In this document: piece after piece, positions 58,138 through 64,000 of the stretch
How positions within the stretch are numbered: position 1 is the first letter of the stretch
How the letters are laid out: the number at the start of each line of letters is the position of its first letter
Assembly: GCA_937894085.1 (NCBI GenBank)
Contig: CALCSG010000217.1
Span: forward strand, 2,199 to 66,198
Origin: an uncultured Gammaproteobacteria bacterium
GTDB lineage: Bacteria > Pseudomonadota > Gammaproteobacteria > GCA-001735895
DNA: 64,000 nucleotides
Direction: 5' to 3'
The notes under the pieces: generated by a model
Told to the model about the DNA's origin: nothing
The model's database searches: none
Seen by the model: only the letters and a program-made list of their open reading frames with translations
Position numbers and translations under genes: made by a program

Positions 58138-58794
58138 TTAGCGTACTTTGTAACCACGACCTTCAAGGCAGGCAGTCATAGCTCGTGTGTAATCGTGTGA
58201 CTGACGCTCAACTTGCGCATATTGCCTGGCATAACTATCATCATTCTGATTTTCAATTTGCTGTGCCTGCTTCTTTTGAGAGGAGTCGGCTGCAGAACCA
58301 ATTAACGCACCGGTTATCGCACCCAGTACCATCCCCCTGCCAGCTTGTCGAGGACCAGAGAGCATAGATCCGATTACTGCTCCGCCAAACGCCCCTACCG
58401 CAGTATTTGCTCCAGATGGCTGCTCGGATACAACATTAACCTGCTGATGTGGCGCAATCGCTGCCTGCCCTGGATCATAGCCGGTTTTTTGAACTGCCCA
58501 GATATGACATTCATAACGGTCTCTATCCTGCTGCGTCTGACTTTGGCCATTAAGAGGGTAATAAAAAAGCTGGGTTTGCGGAGGAGGTGTGACTGTACGG
58601 GACTCAACGCGATATGCAGGTTGAACACAAGCCGTTACTACCATTCCCGATAGGGCTATAATGATTAAATTTATTGCCCGTGTCAGGTGCAAACTAAATT
58701 TTGCGGTGAATAATTCAAACACTGGTCCCTCCGGTTTCAAATAACAGATACAAGTTAGATCAATTATCATCTCATTCGTTAACCAGTAAAGCAA
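58138..58794 (-). CDS. Hypothetical protein with glycine-zipper segment, paralog of the adjacent gene
   Basis: 218 aa. GAFGGAVIGSMLSG...GAITGALIGSA glycine zipper. C-terminal motif shared with the 57416-58114 gene. Confidence 0.55.
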   Translation of the reverse strand: MLYWLTNEMIIDLTCICYLKPEGPVFELFTAKFSLHLTRAINLIIIALSGMVVTACVQPAYRVESRTVTPPPQTQLFYYPLNGQSQTQQDRDRYECHIWAVQKTGYDPGQAAIAPHQQVNVVSEQPSGANTAVGAFGGAVIGSMLSGPRQAGRGMVLGAITGALIGSAADSSQKKQAQQIENQNDDSYARQYAQVERQSHDYTRAMTACLEGRGYKVR

Positions 58795-58981
58795 TGTGTT
58801 AAGTCAACGGCTTTAAAAATAAAATATTTATATTTTCTTTGTGGAATTCTCTAAATAAATTACGGCGTAATTAAGCAATTAGCAGTCAGTCAAACTTAGC
58901 ATAAATCTACTCGGCAATTAGCGCGCGGTGTAACTACCTGTTGTGATCATCATGCAGGGTGCGCCGTGCGCACCAGAAGCC

Positions 58982-60670
58982 TCACTTTTTATGCCGATAC
59001 GCGTCCAGCACCTCTTCCAGCGTATTGAAGTAGGCATGTTTGCCAAATGCCTTGCGCAACGCATGGTGATTCTCCTGCCTGACGTCTTGCGGAATTTGCG
59101 CAATCACCAGGCGTATATCCTTTTCTTGCAATATTTGATGAATCGAACGCAGCGTTTTAGTCGCAGTATAATCGATATCATCCACCGCTGAGGCATCCAG
59201 ACAAAACCAGTGTAACGGGGGTTTTGAGTCATTCACGAGGGCAGTTATTTCCTCCGACAACTGTTGGGCGTTAGCATAGTAGATGCTGTGGGTGAAGCGG
59301 TAGATGACTAACCCGGGTAGCGCCTGGGCTTTGTCAGCAACTGGGCGTGCACGTAGAATACCCGACTTGCCTGGCACCAGCAGGGCGTTCTTCGGCTGAT
59401 AACCACGCCGAGTATGATCGATCAGCGACAGTACGATGGCGAGTATGATGCCGTCTTCCACACCCACGAACACAACCATCAGCAAGGTGATCATCGCCAC
59501 CCAGAACTCCGATGGACGCTGCTTGAGGATACTGTGCATGCCTTTCAGATCGACCAGTTCGATACCGATTAGAAATACCACTGCCGATAAAACCGCTTCA
59601 GGCATAAAAGCCAGTGGTGCTGTAAGAAAAAGCAGAACCAGTAACACAATAAGCGCAGTGAAAATCAGCGATAGCTGGCTACGCCCACCGGCGCTGTCGA
59701 CCATCTGGGTCTTGGTCGGGCTACCGTTGACGACAAAGGTACCGGACAGGCCGGCGCCTATATTTGCCAGCCCCAGACCGGTGAGATCGATGTTAGCGCT
59801 GAAGCGTTCGTTATAGCGTGCGGCATAAGCTCGCGAGGTTGCCGCACTCTGCGCCAGGATGACAACGAACATGGCAAATGCAGTGGGCACCAGTTTTTGC
59901 AGAAGTTCCCAGCTCCACTTGACCTCCGGCAGCCCGATATGAGGCAGGCCGCTCGGGACGGCTCCCAGTACATGCATGTGTTTACTGAAATCGAGCGCCC
60001 AGCTTAGAATAATTGCACCCACTACTGCAATCAGTGCGCCCGGTATCCTGTGTGAAATTTTTCTCGACGTGACAATAATCAGCAGCACACTGAGCGCAAC
60101 GGCAAGTGCATAGAAGTTGACCTGCCCGATGCTCTGAACATCTTCCCAGATCTTTGACAGTGTGCCATGACCGCCACCTTTCAGGCCAAGCATGCCGGAC
60201 ACTTCTCCCAGTGCGACCTGGATTCCGACCCCCGACAGGAAACCGATCAGTACCGTTCGCGACATGAAATCCGCCATGAAGCCCAGCCCGATAAAACGCG
60301 CCAGAAACAGGAATCCTGCCGCCATCAGGGCAAGAACCCCGGCCAGTGCCAGGTATTCGTCTGAACCGGTAGCAGCAATCCCCACCAGCCCGGCGGCCAG
60401 GATGGTTGCGGTAGCTGAATCGGCACCAACCACAAGATGGCGCGATGAACAGAAAATAGCGAACAGAAACATCGGAATGAGCATGGTATACAAGCCGGTA
60501 ATCACCGGTGTTCCGGCGATCTTGGTGTAACCCATCACCTCGGGTATAGCCAGCGCGGCCAACGTGATGCCGGCAATAATTTCCGCCGGGATCTGACTGC
60601 TGTTGATGGGCAGCACTCCCTGGAGGAAAGGAATTCTGAAAAACTCAAACTTGCTTTTTATAGTTGTCAT
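58982..60670 (-). CDS. SulP-family anion transporter with C-terminal STAS domain
   Basis: 562 aa. SulP TM core plus a STAS domain. Confidence 0.9.
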   Translation of the reverse strand: MTTIKSKFEFFRIPFLQGVLPINSSQIPAEIIAGITLAALAIPEVMGYTKIAGTPVITGLYTMLIPMFLFAIFCSSRHLVVGADSATATILAAGLVGIAATGSDEYLALAGVLALMAAGFLFLARFIGLGFMADFMSRTVLIGFLSGVGIQVALGEVSGMLGLKGGGHGTLSKIWEDVQSIGQVNFYALAVALSVLLIIVTSRKISHRIPGALIAVVGAIILSWALDFSKHMHVLGAVPSGLPHIGLPEVKWSWELLQKLVPTAFAMFVVILAQSAATSRAYAARYNERFSANIDLTGLGLANIGAGLSGTFVVNGSPTKTQMVDSAGGRSQLSLIFTALIVLLVLLFLTAPLAFMPEAVLSAVVFLIGIELVDLKGMHSILKQRPSEFWVAMITLLMVVFVGVEDGIILAIVLSLIDHTRRGYQPKNALLVPGKSGILRARPVADKAQALPGLVIYRFTHSIYYANAQQLSEEITALVNDSKPPLHWFCLDASAVDDIDYTATKTLRSIHQILQEKDIRLVIAQIPQDVRQENHHALRKAFGKHAYFNTLEEVLDAYRHKK

Positions 60671-60965
60671 TTTACAGCTCCTCTGAAGCCGGGAAGTCCG
60701 ATTGCCTCAGTGCTAGCCGAAAGGAACAGGCCAAACACCAGATGATGTCGTCTATCAGGTAAAATCGAACGTCAAACTCCTACTTTGTAAACCATAACTA
60801 ACTCCAGGCAGCCTTTCTTTAAGTCCTGGCAAGAGTAAAGCATTTCTTTCTATTGAAAATATTTATTTGCTGAATCTCAGGGATATGCAGCTAAAACTTT
60901 GATCATACCGAAGGCTGAATGATTCCCTTGATCATATTTGAGTCACAGCCGAGGCTTGCTTGAAG

Positions 60966-61463
60966 CTAATACGTCTGTTTGCTCGTAATAAATCGATAAG
61001 GTATTTTTATTAGTTTATTGCCTGTATCCAGATGCACCACCGATTCCCACTCCATAGTACTTCTGGTGCAAAATGTTAGTGCGCTCTTAGCGCTGTAATG
61101 GCCGTTTCCAGTATGCTTTAAATTAACGAAATTAGGTGGCATTTTCATATCGGTGCCATTGATATCAACTGAAACATTATCGACAGTCATACCAGAAATA
61201 ATTACTTCGAGTGTTAACTGATCACTGATCGGAATCGAACGTGGTTGTATGGCAAAACTTACACTACTCCCATCTGCTAAAATCGTCTCGCAGGGACCTG
61301 CACGTAAATCACAGGAAGGATCAAAGGCTAAGCTGACTGGTATTAGGGAATGATTCAGATTCATAAACCATTGCTGATAAATAACCCAGCTTAGGACTAG
61401 AAAAAACAGTAGCATAGCTACAATCCAGTTAAGTTTACTGATTTCTTCAAAAGCTTTTTTCAT
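60966..61463 (-). CDS. Hypothetical membrane-anchored periplasmic protein (last gene of the NosL/ABC module)
   Basis: 165 aa. One N-terminal TM helix, two Cys and a beta-rich periplasmic domain. 20 bp downstream of the NosY-like gene. Confidence 0.45.
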   Translation of the reverse strand: MKKAFEEISKLNWIVAMLLFFLVLSWVIYQQWFMNLNHSLIPVSLAFDPSCDLRAGPCETILADGSSVSFAIQPRSIPISDQLTLEVIISGMTVDNVSVDINGTDMKMPPNFVNLKHTGNGHYSAKSALTFCTRSTMEWESVVHLDTGNKLIKIPYRFITSKQTY

Positions 61464-61483
61464 GGCTAATTAACTAACCAGAG

Positions 61484-62311
61484 CTAAGGTAAATCGCTAC
61501 GTTGAAAAAAGAAATATCCTGTACCGGCACAGATACTTCCAAAAACTACCGGATATATGACCGCATAGGCAATATAACCAGCCTGCGAGAAGTTATCAAG
61601 AATGATATAGGCCGTCGGTCCTAACAGCACCAGTTGCGGGTCAAATAACATCATGGTCGCGGTGCGAAACACCTGCATCGGGTTTGCCAGTGCGATTGCC
61701 ACTGCTGTTTGCGGAGGCAGGTTCTCCTGGATCATAATTCCCAGCAGGATTAAATCGAGGAACAATAGCAATGTTAACCAGGTAATAAATGCCGCACCCT
61801 GAGCAACATCTGATGAACGTGCCAGGGTTGATATCAACATACCAATACCTAAAAAGCACCATGCCAGCGCCATTAATAAAGCAGTATAGTAAATAAAAAG
61901 GTTCCAGGGTATTTCCGAATCCTTGATTACACCCCAGATTACCGCACCGAGCATAGCAAGAAAAACAGGCAGAAAGACCACAAAAAAGCGCCCGAAGAAA
62001 CGCCCCCAGAACCAGGCAGCTAATGATACCGGTAATGACAGCATGTATTCAAAGACGCCGGCCTCTCGATCTCCTGCTACCGAACGCACTGTTGTTATTA
62101 ATACAAAAATGGGCAGTATGGCCATCGACAGTTGTATGTAGGTCACCAGTAAACGCGATAAACCGGTAAATCCCATAATACGTGATTCGGACAGGCCAAA
62201 GGCGAACAACAGCACCACTATGCCCCCAAATACCAGCGAATAAACCATAAACCAGCGTGCGCGCAGAGATTCAATTATGTCAGTATATGCCGTTAACCAG
62301 AGATGTTTCAT
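61484..62311 (-). CDS. ABC-2 family permease, NosY-like
   Basis: 275 aa, six TM. Overlaps the NosL-like gene by 4 bp. Confidence 0.7.
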   Translation of the reverse strand: MKHLWLTAYTDIIESLRARWFMVYSLVFGGIVVLLFAFGLSESRIMGFTGLSRLLVTYIQLSMAILPIFVLITTVRSVAGDREAGVFEYMLSLPVSLAAWFWGRFFGRFFVVFLPVFLAMLGAVIWGVIKDSEIPWNLFIYYTALLMALAWCFLGIGMLISTLARSSDVAQGAAFITWLTLLLFLDLILLGIMIQENLPPQTAVAIALANPMQVFRTATMMLFDPQLVLLGPTAYIILDNFSQAGYIAYAVIYPVVFGSICAGTGYFFFQRSDLP

Positions 62312-62814
62312 TGTGTGTTTTCCCGTTGTTTTGCCTGCTCTCTGAGACGTTGCTCTAATTGTAATCCATGCACATTGAATCGCTGTTCAACTTCACTGAT
62401 ATGAACTTTTGCACGATCAAAACTCATGCTGCCACTAACAGCTTCAAGTTGAGCCCCCAGACCGTATTCCATTGGTGTGGTTTTCTTCAGTACGTAAGTT
62501 GCTGTGGTGGCATCGATCCATTCTTTACTACGATGATCAGCTACCCAGAACTCCGTCCTTCCATCATCTTTCCACGGTTTATCTTCAAGCCACAGGGCTG
62601 CACATCCGAAGTCATCAAATTTTTCTACCACAGAACGTTTTTTCCCAGCAGGATAGTAACGAATCTGAGCTGCAAAATGCGGATCGCTCAACACCATGCG
62701 ACAACGCTCACAGGCATCTCTGTCCCATTTAATCTCTAGCGGACCTGTGTCCGGTTCACCGGAGCAGGCTGTCAGTAAGGTTATAAATATTAGCGATAGT
62801 AATCTAGCCAACAT
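62308..62814 (-). CDS. NosL-family copper-binding lipoprotein
   Basis: 168 aa. Lipobox LLTAC, a DACERCRM metal-binding motif (CxxCxM as in NosL), and conserved KFDDFGC...DATTATYV blocks. Confidence 0.7.
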   Translation of the reverse strand: MLARLLSLIFITLLTACSGEPDTGPLEIKWDRDACERCRMVLSDPHFAAQIRYYPAGKKRSVVEKFDDFGCAALWLEDKPWKDDGRTEFWVADHRSKEWIDATTATYVLKKTTPMEYGLGAQLEAVSGSMSFDRAKVHISEVEQRFNVHGLQLEQRLREQAKQRENTQ

Positions 62815-63694
62815 TTTCTACACCAGTTTGTTGCTGTTCGCCTGCTTCCTTCATCTGTATGCCGGCCAACAGGGCCGCATAACGTGATAACATACCGAGA
62901 AATCGTAACCGATCCGGCCCGGCAACTATGCCTTTCCATGTTGTGCGGTGATCGTCTTCCGTTTTAAAACCCCATTCGGTGAGTGCCCTGGCAAAAGCAT
63001 CTTCATGGCGAATCATCGAGATACTGCACAGCAACATGCTGGACATATCGACCAGGTCGGCCACTTCGTCATCCAGCACAATTTTCCCCTGATCCATTTC
63101 AACAACCCGGTTCACCAGCGATGCTACTTCATCCAGCCGGTGGCTGGAAATCAACATGGCAGAAGTTTTCTGTTTTTCGGCTAATAGTTTAAACAGAATA
63201 TGCCTGGCTTCCGGATCGAGATTAGCAGCAGGTTCATCCATCACCAGTAATTCACTATCACGCCCGAGAGCGATGGAAATTAACAGTTTCTGTTTCTGCC
63301 CACCGGATAATTTGACGAAAGGTTGATGCTTAAATTGAAGCGCATCAAAACCCAGTTGTTTTGCTACATCTATCATGCGTTGCGGATCAGCATTACACAG
63401 GCTTGACGCAAACCGGATCAACTGACCCACAGGCATTCTCAGCGGGGGAGGCAATTGCGGTACAAAACCCACTTTGGATAAAACCTGCTGACGAAATTCA
63501 CGCGGGTTCATGTCATCGATAGTGACACTGCCAGTACAGTTATACTCGCCTAACAGGCAACGAATTAAGGTCGTTTTACCCGCACCGTTTGAACCGACCA
63601 GAGCAACACGATGACCACGCTGGATAGTTAAATCTATACCCTTCAGCACTTCATTGCGGCGAAATTTTTTAGTGACGTTTGAAAATTGAATCAT
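62804..63694 (-). CDS. ABC transporter ATP-binding protein, NosF-like (start taken at internal Met MIQFSNV; the track ORF extends further 5')
   Basis: Walker A GSNGAGKTT, signature LSGGQKQKL, Walker B LLVMDEP. An upstream ferredoxin ORF occupies the region that the longer ORF would overlap. Confidence 0.75.
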   Translation of the reverse strand: MIQFSNVTKKFRRNEVLKGIDLTIQRGHRVALVGSNGAGKTTLIRCLLGEYNCTGSVTIDDMNPREFRQQVLSKVGFVPQLPPPLRMPVGQLIRFASSLCNADPQRMIDVAKQLGFDALQFKHQPFVKLSGGQKQKLLISIALGRDSELLVMDEPAANLDPEARHILFKLLAEKQKTSAMLISSHRLDEVASLVNRVVEMDQGKIVLDDEVADLVDMSSMLLCSISMIRHEDAFARALTEWGFKTEDDHRTTWKGIVAGPDRLRFLGMLSRYAALLAGIQMKEAGEQQQTGVENVG

Positions 63695-63731
63695 GGCGCG
63701 GCTAATATAATATCTAATATAGATGCCAACA

Positions 63732-64000
63732 CTAAAGGAATTTATCCAGACCCTTAATCTTGAAATTGAGTGAATCGGTTGGGCAAACATCGACACACAT
63801 ACCACAACGGGTACAGTCTGACGTAATATCCTGATTAACTTCATGAGCACGACCGCGAATAGTTAAATCAAGCACATGCGGTACCAGGCATATTTTCCGA
63901 CAATCCCCTTCATGATGACAGGCTTCGGCGTTATACACGACACGCACCGGTGAAAACGTACCTACGACAGCATAGGTAACACCAATAGGGCAGACATAAC
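63732..64000 (-). CDS. 4Fe-4S ferredoxin-domain protein, 3' portion (gene continues beyond the window end)
   Basis: CTRCGMCVDVCP and an upstream CPIGV cluster motif. The minus-strand frame is open to position 64000. Confidence 0.55.
   Translation of the reverse strand, partial: YVCPIGVTYAVVGTFSPVRVVYNAEACHHEGDCRKICLVPHVLDLTIRGRAHEVNQDITSDCTRCGMCVDVCPTDSLNFKIKGLDKFL

Noticed and set aside
62804-63850. Full 348-aa extent of the NosF-like ORF
   Set aside because: The first 52 codons have no ATPase similarity and would overlap the upstream ferredoxin gene. The internal Met (MIQFSNVTKKF, 63694) immediately precedes the Walker A region and was taken as the start.

Overview
This 64 kb window looks like a moderate-GC gammaproteobacterial chromosome; the evidence is a Pseudomonas-type 1634-aa NAD-glutamate dehydrogenase, sigma-54/NtrC machinery and a TAXI-TRAP transporter. 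I found no rRNA, tRNA, CRISPR array or intact IS element. Content in order: (1) 1-2.1 kb, a low-GC insert (horizontally acquired region) with an edge-truncated AP2-domain DNA-binding gene and a Cys-rich HNH-like gene. (2) 2.1-8.2 kb, a dense minus-strand cluster of c-type cytochromes: a small membrane protein, a NapC/NirT tetraheme, an HAO-like octaheme, a dihaem cytochrome b, a second OTR-like octaheme with a C-terminal anchor, and a pentaheme. (3) A 963-aa GGDEF-EAL signalling protein whose periplasmic sensor domain carries a CxxCH haem-c motif, followed by a ZnuA-like::SCO1/SenC fusion, a pentapeptide-repeat protein and a cytochrome c4. (4) A GABA-shunt pair (gabD, gabT) with a LuxR-family regulator and a carbon-nitrogen hydrolase, then a TAXI-TRAP transporter and a UspA gene. 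(5) A tight four-gene minus-strand operon (giant NAD-GDH, an oversized Orn/Lys/Arg-family PLP decarboxylase, an ATP-grasp ligase and a C45/Ntn-type acyltransferase-hydrolase) with a divergent LysR regulator. (6) A Na/Pi cotransporter, a small (KPIS)n-repeat membrane protein with a strong sigma-54 promoter, an NtrC-type activator and a CHASE/PAS sensor kinase split by a single in-frame TGA. (7) HlyD/ABC-2 efflux, CorA, DedA, transaldolase, a decayed zwf remnant, PiT, a CPA1-antiporter remnant, Hsp20-Lon, two paralogous secreted proteins, SulP and a NosL/NosY/NosF-like copper ABC module with a ferredoxin running off the window end. The most novel-looking elements are the dual-octaheme respiratory module with its haem-c-sensing c-di-GMP protein, and the GDH-decarboxylase-ATP-grasp-Ntn-hydrolase operon.
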